Positions 1 through 11,513 of a stretch of 64,000 nucleotides of DNA are shown here, piece after piece. The DNA lies in contig JAWMAR010000026.1 of the NCBI GenBank assembly GCA_036785375.1, positions 7,812,001 to 7,876,000 on the forward strand, given 5' to 3'. The translations under genes were made by a program, and so were the position numbers. The first letter of the stretch is position 1, and each line of letters starts with the position of its first letter. The notes beneath the pieces were generated by a model, which was not told the origin of the DNA, searched no databases, and saw only the letters and a program-made list of their open reading frames with translations. Source of the stretch: Leucoraja ocellata (Eukaryota).

Positions 1-560
1 GGTTCACCTGTATCTCCTCCAACCTCATCTACTGCATCCGCTGCTCTAGATGCCAGCTGATTTACAACGGTGAGACTAAGCAGAGGTTGGGCGATCGTTT
101 CGCCGAACACCTCCGCTCGGTCCGCAAAAACCTACCTGAACTCCGGGTGGCTCAGCACTTCAACTCCCCCTCCCATTCCCAATCCGACCTCTCTGTCCTG
201 GGTCTCCTCCATTGCCAGAGTGAGCAACACCGGAAATTGGACGAACAGCACCTCATATTCTGCCTGGGTAACCTGCAGCCGGCGGGCATGAACATTGAAT
301 TCTCCCAATTTTGCTAGCCCTTGCTCTCCTCCCCTTCCTTAACCCTTGAGCTGTCTCCTCCCATCCCCCCCGCCCTCGGGCTCCACCTCCTCCCCTTTTT
401 CCTTCCTTCTCCCCCCCCACCCCCTATCAGTCTGAAGAAGGGTTTCGGCCCGAAACGTCATCTATTTCCTTCGCTCCATAGATGCTGCTGCACCCGCTGA
501 GTTTCTCCAGCATTTTTGTGTACCTTTGATTTTCCAGCATCTGCAGTTCCTTCTTGAACC
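1..560 (+). mobile_element. Penelope-like retroelement 3' fragment (GIY-YIG endonuclease end plus terminal repeat)
   Basis: Translates to ...NLIYCIRCSRCQLIYNGETKQRLGDRFAEHLRSV...[11 protein letters not shown]...LQPAGMNIEF (GIY-YIG-type), followed by a CT-rich tract and ctgaagaagggtttcggcccgaaac. Confidence 0.8.
432..459 (+). ncRNA. Minimal hammerhead-ribozyme-like motif in a Penelope terminal repeat
   Basis: CTGAAGA-a-GGGT-TTCG-GCCC-GAAAC-GTC: CUGANGA and GAAA core boxes around a stem II. Stem I pairing is weak. Confidence 0.45.
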
Positions 561-846
561 CTTCAATCTAGTTTGACCATTCAGTTTAATCTCAGTTGAT
601 CAGTGAAACAGCAACAAATTGATGGAAAGCATTTTGCAATTAACTTGATAATTTTACAGTTGAGGTGGCTTGATTTGTTTTGGAATATTATTAAGAAATA
701 AATTGGACAAACAAAGCTTGGAAGGTGTTGAACACTGTGTTTGGATCCTGGAACTTCTCCCCACAGATGTTTGCCCTGTTCATAGATTTAACATTCTACA
801 GGTTTTACACAAATCAGCAAATAATTGGCTTTATCAGTGTTAGATC

Positions 847-1010
847 NNNNNNNNNNNNNNNNNNNNNNNNNNNNNNNNNNNNNNNNNNNNNNNNNNNNNN
901 NNNNNNNNNNNNNNNNNNNNNNNNNNNNNNNNNNNNNNNNNNNNNNNNNNNNNNNNNNNNNNNNNNNNNNNNNNNNNNNNNNNNNNNNNNNNNNNNNNNN
1001 NNNNNNNNNN
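847..1010. other. Assembly gap (others at 35519-35737 and 54416-54587)
   Basis: Runs of N. Confidence 1.
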
Positions 1011-1194
1011 AATCCCGTAGCACTGCATCCTGTTTATCAGTGCCAAAAGCACAAATACAGACTATTGTTTATTACATAACAAAAAGGGAAATATTGATGC
1101 TAATAAGCGGGTCAGCCTTGTTAGAGTAGGATGAGTACCTATGTCTGTATGATGAGGATGAAAATTGATTTACTTTTTTCTCAATCTTTTACAG

Positions 1195-4100
1195 TTGAAA
1201 ATGGAGACCATTGTGATTTCTCCATTTTGCGCAACATGCTAATCAGGTAAAGTTCATCAGACAATGAGAATGAATCATTGAATCATTGTGTTATTGCAGC
1301 ACAGTGTGACGTGCTCCGTAACTGTAATTAATGACACATTATTCTTTCACTGTATTTCATTTTCTCTTTAGTGAAAATCCAATTTTCATTTGAGAGTGCT
1401 GATAAACGCCATCCTTGGAGGCAATTAGTCTTTTTATATAAGACAAAAGAATCTCAGTTTCTGAGCTATATTCCAGGGTTGTTGGCAATCAGGGAAAATG
1501 TTTTTGCCATCCACAAATGGTGTAGTTGACCTGGGAATGAGCTACATCACAATCTTGGGATATTGTATATGGTTAGTGAGGGTACGAATAGGAAGATAAG
1601 ACGGCTGAATGTTTGTTGAGAACCTGGTGCTGGGAGCAGGAGTTCGGGTTTTTCGATCATTGAGATCTCTACTGTGTCAGAGGTGACCTGTACAAGAGAG
1701 ATAGGCTGAGGGGTGGCCTTAAGAGATTTATGAGATTATGAGGGGCATAAGTAGTGTGGATTGTCTTTTTACTAGGTAGGAGAGCCTAGAATTTGGGGAT
1801 CTGTCTTTTTTTCCACATAGGGTGATGAATAACTGGAACGAGCTGCCAAAGGAGCTGGAGGCAGTTACCACGTTTAAAGATGTTTAAACAGATAGTTAGA
1901 TAGGAAAGGAATTGAGAGAAACAGGCCTAATCCAGGTAAGTGGCATAGGAGGCATCATGGTAGACATAGACAAGGTGGGCTGACAGGGCCCATTTCTCTG
2001 TGGCATTATTCTGTTTGTTGGTGGGTGGTTTTAGCTATTGGGGAATAAACTGTGCCTCCTGGGTTTGACACAAGCTTAGTGTTGAGTTATACTTGTGATC
2101 TGCAAGGAAGCTTCAACTCGCGTCCTAGTCATGCTTTTATTGCAGGACACATATGCAGGATCTGAAGGAGATTACCAACAATATCCACTACGAAAACTAT
2201 CGAAGTCGAAAGCTGGCAGCTGTGACGGGCAATGGAGTTGACGCCAGTAAGACGAAAGGCCGCCTCACCAGGTGAGCTCCATGGAAAATATGCTGCCTGT
2301 TGCCCAGTTAGCTTGCAAAACAAACACACCATAAATTTATCCACATGCCGATTAATAAGATGAGCAGTAACCAAACATCAGATTTGCGCTGCAGCACATT
2401 GAGCTGCATGGAGATGTTGAGCTGTGTACTTGAACTTTGTTGCACTGCCTTCCCCCCCATAACCTCTGACATGCTTACTAATCAAGAATCAAGACCCCTG
2501 TCCATTGACTGATCAGATATATCCTAGGATATTGTGTGAAACCAGAGAGGAAATTGCAGGTGCCCTGGTTGAAATTTACGAGTAGTCCTTAAATTCAGGA
2601 GAGGTGCTGGAAGACTGGAGGGGGTGGCAAATGTTGTGCCTCTTTTCAAGAAAGGCTGCAGGGAAAATGCTGGGAACTATAGGGTGGTGAGCTTAACATC
2701 TGTAGTTGGAAAGTTACTGGAGAGTATTCTGAGGGACAGGTTATACAGCCATTTGGATTGGCAAGGGCTGATTAGGGATAGTATGCTTTGTAGCATACTT
2801 ACTAACCAACCCATTTGCATGTACATCAAAATTGTTCACATTACAAACAACAGATGTCCCGACACACATCCCTGCGGAACTCTACTGGTCAGGGACCTAC
2901 AGCCAGAACAATATATCTTTACACCTCAACCCAGTATCTTCTATCAGTAAGCCAGTTCTGAATCCAACAACCACGGATAGGACATAACAACAATAACAAA
3001 CAAATAAATAAATTATTAGTTATTCTAAGTAAAACAGGCCATGACAGTGCAAAAACACATATGGCATAGAGCAACCATAGTACAAAGCCCTTCATGAATT
3101 GGTGTTGAGTTAGGGTTGTAGTTAGGGTTGTGCAAGGTGTTTCAAGAACCTGATGATTAATAGGGAAAAAACACTTTTTGAACTTGGAGGTACCAATTTT
3201 CAGGCACCTGTAACTTCTTTCCACGTCAGCAGTGAGAAGAGTGCATGGTCAAGATGGGGTGGTTTTTGATTATGCTGCCTTCTTGAGGCATTGCTTCTTG
3301 TAGATCTCTTCAATGGTGGGGAGGCCAATACCTGGAACTCTCCAATGCCGTCTCGTGTTACATAAAATTGAAGAATTGGCATAAAGCAATAGGGGCATAA
3401 TTCAATTCAATTCAATTCAACTTTATTGTCATTGCACAAATACGAGTATAGGTACAACGAAATGCAGTTTAGCGTCTGGTCATAGTCATAGTGCAAGATA
3501 GTAGAAGTAAAAATACAAAATAAGCATACAATAAAAATAAAAAATACTGGTTAACAATGTGTGGATTGTGGATGAATTATAACTGTATACAAATGGGAGA
3601 GTCTAAAGCTAGCGACGGGACTCTGAGTTCAGCAGTGTAATGGTGTTGTTGGAAAAGCTGTTCCTCAGCCTGCTTGTGCGAGACCTGAGGCTCCTGTATC
3701 GCCTCCCTGATGGGAGGAGGGCAAACAGTCCATGGTTAGGGTGAGAGGGGTCCTTGATGATTTTCCCGGCCCGTCTCAGACACCGTTTTCGGTGGAGGGC
3801 ATCCATGGCCGGGAGTGGGGCATCGATGAAGCGGTTTTCACCACCCGTTGCAGTGCCTTCCTGTCAGCTGCGGTGCAGCTGCTGTACTATACCGTGAAGC
3901 AGGTGGTCAGGGTGCTTTCGATGGAACAGGGGTAGAAGTTGGACAGGATCTGGGGGGGGGGGGACAGGTGAGCTTTCTTGAGCCTCCTCAGAAAGTAAAG
4001 GCGTTGCTGCGCCTTTTTGATCAATTTGGTGGTATTGAGGGGCCAGGACAGATCCTCTGTGTACCCCGAGGAATTTGTAGTTGGAGACGCGCTCCACCTC

Positions 4101-6320
4101 AGTCCCGTTTATGTGGATGGGGGTATGCCTGCCACCTCTGGTCTTCCTGAAGTCAACAATGATTTCCTTTGTCTTCTTTGAGTTGAGGACGAGGTTATTG
4201 TTGGCACACCAGGCTGACAGGTTCTGGACCTCCTCCCTATAGGCTGATTCGTTGTTGTCACTGATCAGTCCTACCACCGTGCTGTCAGCGGCAAATTTTA
4301 TGATGGAGTTGGAGCCATACTTAGGGACGCAGTCATGGATAATGAGGGAGTAGAGGAGAGGGCTGAGCACACAGCCCTGTGGCACGCCAGTGTTCTGTGT
4401 TAGAGTGGAGGAGGTGAGGTTGTTGATCCTAACAGACTGTGGTCTGTTGGTGAGGAAATCCAGTGTCCAATTGCAGAGAGAGGTGGTGATGCCAAGTCCG
4501 CTGAGTTTGGTGATCAAGCTGGCAGGGATGACAGTGTTAAAGGCGGAGCTGTAGTCGATGAACAACAACCTGATGTAGAAGTAGTTGTTGTCCATGTGGG
4601 TCAGGGCAGAGTGTAGGGCCGCAGATATGGCGTCCTCTGTAGACCTGTAGGCAAACTAATGGGGGTCCAGTGTGGGAGGGAGGCTGGCTTTGAGGTGAGC
4701 CAAGATCAGCGCTCAAAGCACTTTGCAATGACGGGTGAGTGCCACTGGGCAGGTCGTTGATACTCCCTGAAGCAGACTGTTCGGGCCCTGACACAATGGT
4801 TGAGGTCTTGAGGCAGGGAAATGCGTTTAGAGTGCTTAGGCATCACAGGCAAAGTCGACCAAAACATCTTGTTTCTGTGCTGAATATTTCTTTATTATTC
4901 TATGAACAGGATGCAGGTGTTGACCTTGCTGTACTAGCATTAAGGACAGTTAAAAGGAGAAACTGGAGAGAGCATCCTTTTTTTGTGAAACTTCCTGTGC
5001 CGGCTTGCGTGCGACTTCCTTGTGGAAGGTACTTCAGTAAATGGTCACGGAGCCTGCTGTTCAATCTTGGGTTTGTTTGGCGGACGATAGGCCTAGTCAT
5101 GCTCACTGCCTGCCCAGAACAAATTGAGGCACAGTTAAAGTGCAAGAAGGTAATTGACTTTTATTAATGCAGGAGCCCTCTCGCTGAGATGGAGGAAGAG
5201 CGTCGAGAGCATGTGGCGAAGATGAAGAAAATGGAGACTGAGATGGAACAAGTGTTTGAGATGAAGGTCAAGGAGAAGAAACAGAAATTGAAGGACTCTG
5301 AGAATGAAGTAAGCTTTTCTACCCACCATCCCCACCCCACATCTCCATTGACCCTTCCGTATGCTTTCTGCACCTTCCTCTCTCTGTAGCCTTTGACTGC
5401 AACTAATGGCATTCTGGTGTTTTGTAACCCATCCATCTTGGTGTCCTCTGCTTGATCCAGAATATGTAATTCTGTCCCTACCTGGACACATCTGTACTGA
5501 AAGAGAGTGGTTGGTTTGAATTGGACATTACCTAGGGAGCATGACTGATGTACTCAACTATTTCAGAGTGTTATAGAAACTAAAGGCGCTCTTCTTCCTT
5601 TCCTGTTGCCACTCCCTCTTCACTCCTACTCCACTACCTTCCCCTTCTCCCTTCCCTGGCTTCCCCTCCTTCTGCTCTCACTTTCCCTTTACTGCCACCT
5701 CCTTCCTTGCTACCCCCACCCTCCCTCCCTCTCCTCCTCCCTTCTCTGTCTCCATGCCCCTGTAGCTGCAGCGCCGACATGAACAGATGAAGAAAAACCT
5801 GGAGGCTCAATACAAGGAGTTGGAGGAGAAGAGGAAGCAGTTTGAGGAAGAGAAAGTAGCATGGGAGGCAGAGCAACGCTTGTTGGAACAGCAGAAACTG
5901 GATGCTTCAAAGTTAGTGGTAATTGTACTTGAGGGAGTGCATGAGGATATATGTGTGGGGGAAACGTTGAGTGTGAATGGGCATTGTATAGCAATGGGGA
6001 GACCTGCTCTTGGGTGTGGGCTGAGAAAATGAGGGAAGAGTGTGACAAAGGTGGCTGTGAGAGGTGGTGTAAATAAGGGAGCGTGTACAGCTAGCTGCAG
6101 GTATGAGGGAGATGGTACATGGGTACATGAAAGGAGAGTGGAGACAGTGAGCATGAGATGAGGGATGAAAACTTGCATGCTACTGCATGTCACTGCCCTC
6201 CATGGACGGTTCCTCTTGTTCTGCATATTGTGTGTGCTGTGTTTGAGTGAATTAACTTTTTCTTTTTCCATCCTTCCCAGAACAATGGAAAAGAACAAGA
6301 AGAAAGGGAAGATCTTCTGA
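1195..6320 (+). CDS. SEPTIN7: Septin-7-like gene, last five coding exons (5' part outside window or in gap)
   Basis: GT-AG exons 1195-1246, 2146-2271, 5173-5308, 5766-5911 and 6281-6320 join in frame: (V)[165 protein letters not shown]. This matches the SEPT7 C-terminal coiled coil and KKKGKIF end. It could be a SEPT7 paralog rather than the ortholog. Confidence 0.92.
2490..2785 (+). mobile_element. CR1 LINE fragment (RT region)
   Basis: [37 protein letters not shown], a CR1 ORF2 motif. Confidence 0.8.
3398..4790 (-). mobile_element. Rex1/Babar-type non-LTR retrotransposon, 5'-truncated and degenerate
   Basis: RT motifs [47 protein letters not shown]; C-terminal [24 protein letters not shown]; (TTGAA)n tail at about 3398-3420. 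Lies in a septin intron. Confidence 0.8.
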
Positions 6321-6646
6321 AGAGGTTTATTATTAGTGCAAATGTTTTAAGGCTCATTCCTTTGGCCATACTGCAACGGAGAGACATTGCTTAAATCTGA
6401 TCAGACAATTACTTAGCTCCCTGCAAGCCCAGGGCTAGTGAAAAAAACAGTAAATTCTTCATATGTTCCTGGCACTGAGCTCCTTTACAGTGGGCCTCTT
6501 GTCTTGTCTTAATATCCCATGAATCACAAGCTGTGTGGTAATGATGACATTTGGTACCTGCTGCTCATGCTGCATGCTCCTCACACTGTCCCCCCCCCAT
6601 GTGAGAGTAAAACTCAGCTCCACATTCTGTCTGCTTGGTGTGTGAT

Positions 6647-6659
6647 TGCCACCTAGTGG
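6647..6659 (-). promoter_or_regulatory. CTCF-like motif
   Basis: Minus strand CCACTAGGTGGCA fits the CTCF core CCASYAGRKGGCR. Confidence 0.5.
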
Positions 6660-7224
6660 CAGATTCTTCATATGCTGCCACACACTCATCCAACACAAGG
6701 ATCACAGTGTGGCCCCATCCAGTTTGGCCATTGTATCCTCCTCTGGTATTAATTTCTTGAGCAAGTTGTGCAATTCCAGTGCTGGTAATTGTGGTTTGCA
6801 AAAGGTCAGCAGTCTCGTTGGTTCACACTGGGCCATAGAAACAGATCACTGAAGTGCTGATTTTAATCATTCAACGCAAAACAAAATGAACAATTTTTGT
6901 TTCATAATTGAAGTGAGGTTATGTTTAATGAGTGGTTTGAATATAGTGAGTCTCGTGCGATAACAATCATTATAAATGGGCAGGACAGAAACATATTGAT
7001 TCTCTATTTGTATTGGTATTTCACCAGCTCAAATGCCCCATGGATCAGGATTGGTTGGTCATGAATGGGCCACCTGGTTGCCAGTCATGTGCAATGATTC
7101 ACTGTATTTGGAGTAACTGGTTTTCTGAATGGGGGCAAGAGCTTCTATGTGGGGAGACATCTTGTCCTCCAGTCAAACAAACCGATGCAGTGGCAGGCTG
7201 CCCTTCATTTCAGTTCATACAATG

Positions 7225-7510
7225 ACGCAGCGGTTGAATTACTGTCTTAGAGTCAGAGACCTGGGTTTGATCCTGACCAAGGGTGCTGCCTGTACACAGT
7301 TTGTACGTTCTTCCTGGGACTGTGGTTTTCGCAGTGTGTTCTGGTTTCCTCCCACATTTCAAAGTAGTGCAGGTTTGTAGGTTAATTGGCTTCTGTAAAT
7401 TGCCCCTAGTATGTTGAATGCGAAACTGGGATATCATAGAACTTGTGTGAATGGGTCAGCATGGATTTGGTGGGACGAAGGACCGGTTTCTACACACTAT
7501 CTCTAAACTT
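7225..7510 (+). mobile_element. tRNA-derived SINE in the septin 3'UTR
   Basis: B-box-like gggtttgatcc, core ggtttcctcccacat...gtaggttaattggc...aaattgcccctagt and a ctctaaact tail. Related copies at about 17985-18262 (-), 23705-23985 (+), 28940-29195 (-) and 49704-49930 (+). Confidence 0.7.
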
Positions 7511-8853
7511 AACAGCTGCAGAGTCCATGGTGACACTACACATAATTTCACATCCAGCCCAGGAGGGGAGTCAGAAGAAAATTGTATGTTTTATCCAGTC
7601 TGGTGGCTACATTTCTTGAATCGACTGACTGGTGGAACGTGTCGTGTAAGTAATGTAGAAAAGTGCTGGGGGATCTCGACAGGTCAGCAGCATCTGTGGA
7701 GGAAATGGACAACCAACGTTTTAGGTTGGGTCCCTGCATCAGAGTCTGAAGAGCCAAAACATTGTCCATTCCCTTCCTGAATGCTGCCTGACCTGCAAAG
7801 TCCTTCCAGCATTTTGTGTTTTGTTCAAGATTCCAACATCTGCAGTTTCTTGAGTCTCAAATATGGTATAGGTTTGCTGTGCTACTCTGTTACATGTAAA
7901 TCCCGGGCAACCCCATTTGTTCATATGCTTTCTGTGGCAGCGTCCGTTGAGAAGCTGCATTGTTCCCTTCTTCCCACAGGTGCTTGTGTCTCCTGCTTAT
8001 TTTCTTTGCTAGTTTTGCATGGGGAAACAAGCAAAGTGCTTTTAGATCACTGCAGATACATTTGTAAAATTGGTGTTGTAAGACATTACTCTGCTTCAGC
8101 TCCAGGGTGGATCCCAAACCATGAATGACACAACAGCCAGAAGGTTGGTATTGTATTTCTCCCCAGCTGATCCATCTTCTTTGCATATGAAAGATCAGAA
8201 GTTTCAGCCTTGTGTCCAAACCTCTCACTGCTTTGTGGCCACTTCTTCCTTCTGTACTGATGACTCTGTACTAGGTCGTGTACCCACATTCTCCATCGTC
8301 TTCCTCCTATTTTTTTTTTGTCTAATCTTACCCCTTCTCTCTTTCTCAATACTGGGTGTCTCCCTGTCACTGTCAAGGCCTTTGAGTGCTGGGATGGGAT
8401 TTTTAACCCTTCTGCTTTTTCACATGTGCTCTGCATTGGGGCTTCTTGGCCTTTCTATGTTGGGAGGGGTCCCTTCCTCTCAGCCTCCCCCATCCTATAT
8501 TCTCTACTTGCTGTCCTGTCACTTAGTCCTCACCAAATCCCTCTCGTGGAAATGGCTTTCTTGATCTGCACTGTGGTGTCTCAATGTTAGCTCTGAGTGG
8601 TGAGCTCTCCCTTATTGGCTCGCCCTACCCTATGTTGTATCAGTGGCCCTGTGCATTTTCTGCCAATAATTTGGTTCGCTGTGATAAACTTCCATCAGCC
8701 ATGGTGTAAGAGGAGGAGGAGCAACGACACTTCAGGGAGAGGAACTTGGAACTGTCTCATTGAATTGAAATGTTATCCTTGGTGTTTTTTTTTAAAGAAA
8801 TAAGCTTTACTTGATGTTTTATAATCTTCACTGCCACTTAGTATACATATTGA

Positions 8854-8859
8854 AATAAA
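8854..8859 (+). promoter_or_regulatory. Candidate polyadenylation signal of the septin gene
   Basis: AATAAA about 2.5 kb downstream of the stop codon, after a U-rich UTR-like stretch. Not verified by transcripts. Confidence 0.4.
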
Positions 8860-9939
8860 CAGATAATCTCTCCAGTTCAAGCATTCCACTCGCAGATGTC
8901 TCTGTTTTTGCTTTATACGTTCAGTCTGACCCCCATAGCTTGTACCCATGGTGTGGATGTGGTGAAGTGAATGGCTAAGATTATAGCAAATCCGGTACAA
9001 GGAGTTTTGTTGCTGGTGATCAGTGCCAGCAGCTCACATATCAGGCTACTAAACTAGAACATGAAGAAATTAAAAGGGATATCCTGCACAGAACTCCCCA
9101 AAATCTCTGTGCATATCCGAGCAAACTCCTTTTATTTATTGGTTTTGATTAGTGCTGATAAACTCTGAATGCCAATATCTATTTGTACCATTGAGCAGAA
9201 TTTAGTTAACTGTCATGGATTTCCTATCCAGGGATTACTGAGCGGGTTGGGTCTATTCCACAAGGTTAGCTGACCAACCTATGTCAAACATATTAAAAAG
9301 TAAAATAATGCATTTACTGGAAATTGGCTCCCCACAATGCATAATCGCGTTCCGATGACTGGGTGCACCAGGCTCCCTATTCCTGTGGTCTGACAACAGA
9401 CTGATGTGATGGAAGCATTAAAATAGGGTGATGTCACCTCCATCCCCTTCTGTTGCACACAGCAGGGTGATGCATGGGGATTTGCTCTATATTCCAAAAT
9501 CACTAAAAGCTACAACGGTATGGTGCATGCTGATCAGGGGCAATACCCACCAGGTGTACAGATACATAGAAGACATATTAATCTGAATACTCCCATACTG
9601 ACTGCACCCTTGACATTACCTGTGGGAACTCCTTTCAATTTCTTCAAGTTTCTTCATGGGCACTGGCATGCCTGCCTTTTTGTCGATTACATCAGTCTTT
9701 GTTCCAAACGTACGTTGACACCATCCCCAAACTCTCTACTACATTGAAGACTACATTGATCAGGGTTGCTTGCACCCGTGCAGAAATCATGATTTCATTA
9801 ACTTTGCCACTAATTTCCACCTTGCCCTTAAATTCACTTGGGCTATCCCTGACACCTCTCTCCCCTATCATGATCTCTCTGTCTCTATCACTGGGGCAGA
9901 CTATTGAGTTAGTTATCTGGTATTAACCTAGTTATCTGG

Positions 9940-11400
9940 TTAATGCTTCCCCCCGTGGTGGCTGGGAGCTCAATATGCAGGTGTATTCAATATTCAGGAA
10001 GGATAGACAGAAAGGAAGAGAGAGAGAGAGAGAGGGGGGGGGGGGGGGCATTGCTGGTTAAAGAGGAGATGAATGCAATAGTAAGGAGAGACACTTTGGA
10101 TGTGGTAGAATCTGTATCGGCAGAACTTCAAAATAACCAAGGGCAGAAAACACTTGTTGGAGTTGTTTTTTTGTTTTTTTTTTATATTTTATTTTATTAG
10201 AAGTAAGCACAGTCATATGGCACCAAAGTGCCTAATATATATTTTCATAATACATTTTATGTACAACTTTTTTTTTTGTTACATTGAAAAAAGATGAGAA
10301 TAAGAAAAAGAAGTTAGATAGTAAAGGATAGAAAGATGTGAAATATATAGTGTGTGAAGAAAGAAAACGCGTAAATGAAGAAAGTTGAGAGAGAAAATAG
10401 TGAAAAGAAAAGGAGATCATTATTTATAGTCTTGACCAACCCTCGTCCAGTCCTGAAACAGTTATTTTTTACAATTGTGTTGCACCATATGATTCCAAAA
10501 AAACGACGAATGGAGACCAACTCGTTTTGTTGGAGTTGTGTACAGACCACCAAACAGCAGTAGTGAGGTTGGGGATAGTATCAAACAGGAAATTAGAGAT
10601 GTGTGTGGCAAAGGTACAGTAGTTATCTTGGGTGACTTTAATCTACATATAGATTGGGCTAACCATATTGGTAACAATACTGAAGAGTATTTCCTGGAGT
10701 GTATATGGGATTGTTTTCTAAGCCAATATATATATATATATAAGGTACACAAAAAAGCTGGAGAAACTCAGCGGGTGCAGCATCATCTATGGAGCGAAGG
10801 AAATAGGCAACGTTTCGGGCCGAAACCCTTCTTCCGACATATATAGGAACCAACTAGAGGGCATGCCATCATAAACTGGGTATCGTGTAATGAGGAAGGA
10901 TTAGTTAGCAATATTGCTATGGAAAGCCCCTTGGGCAACAGTGAAAATAATATGGTGGAATTTTGCATTTAGATGGAATGTCACAGTTCCATCAGAAACA
11001 GCCAGAGGAAGCAGCAAACCAGAGGACTGGGAGAAATTTAGAATTCAACAGGAAGAGAAGGGTTAATTAAGAGGGGAAAGATAGAGCATGAAAGACAGCT
11101 TGCGGGGAACAGCTTTAGATATGTGAAGAGAAAAAGATTAGTGAAGACAAATGTAGGTCCCTTACATTCAGATACAGGTGAATTTATAATGGGAAACAAG
11201 GAAATGGCAGACCAGTTAAACAAGTACTTTGGTTAGGAAGACACAAACAATCTCCCAGAAATACTACGGGACTGAGGATCTAAATTGGTGTTAACTATGG
11301 AAGGTGTAAAGTGCGGAAGAGATTTACTGAAATGATTCCAAGGATGGTGGATTTTAGTTCTGCCGATGGACTGCAGAAGCCGACGGGGTGTTTTCTTAGT
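9940..11400 (+). mobile_element. Fragmented old CR1 LINE (endonuclease region) with nested insertions
   Basis: GGALLVKEE, YRPPNSS, VILGDFNLHIDW motifs, interrupted by a Penelope-type short repeat at about 10740-10840. Confidence 0.7.
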
Positions 11401-11499
11401 GGGTTGCGGGGAGATTTGAGCCGGGATTAACTAATATAGTTAACTCGTATAACTAAATGTTAATGATTACTGTGCGGTCAACTATCGAACACTATATGA

Positions 11500-11513
11500 C
11501 CAGTAGGTGGCGA
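11500..11513 (+). promoter_or_regulatory. CTCF-like motif
   Basis: CCAGTAGGTGGCGA fits the CTCF core; in non-repeat DNA between the septin gene and the IgSF cluster. Confidence 0.55.

Noticed and set aside
725-1129. ORFs spanning N runs (also near 35277-35996 and 54367-54659)
   Set aside because: Artefacts of assembly gaps; only the 35868-35975 exon within them is real.
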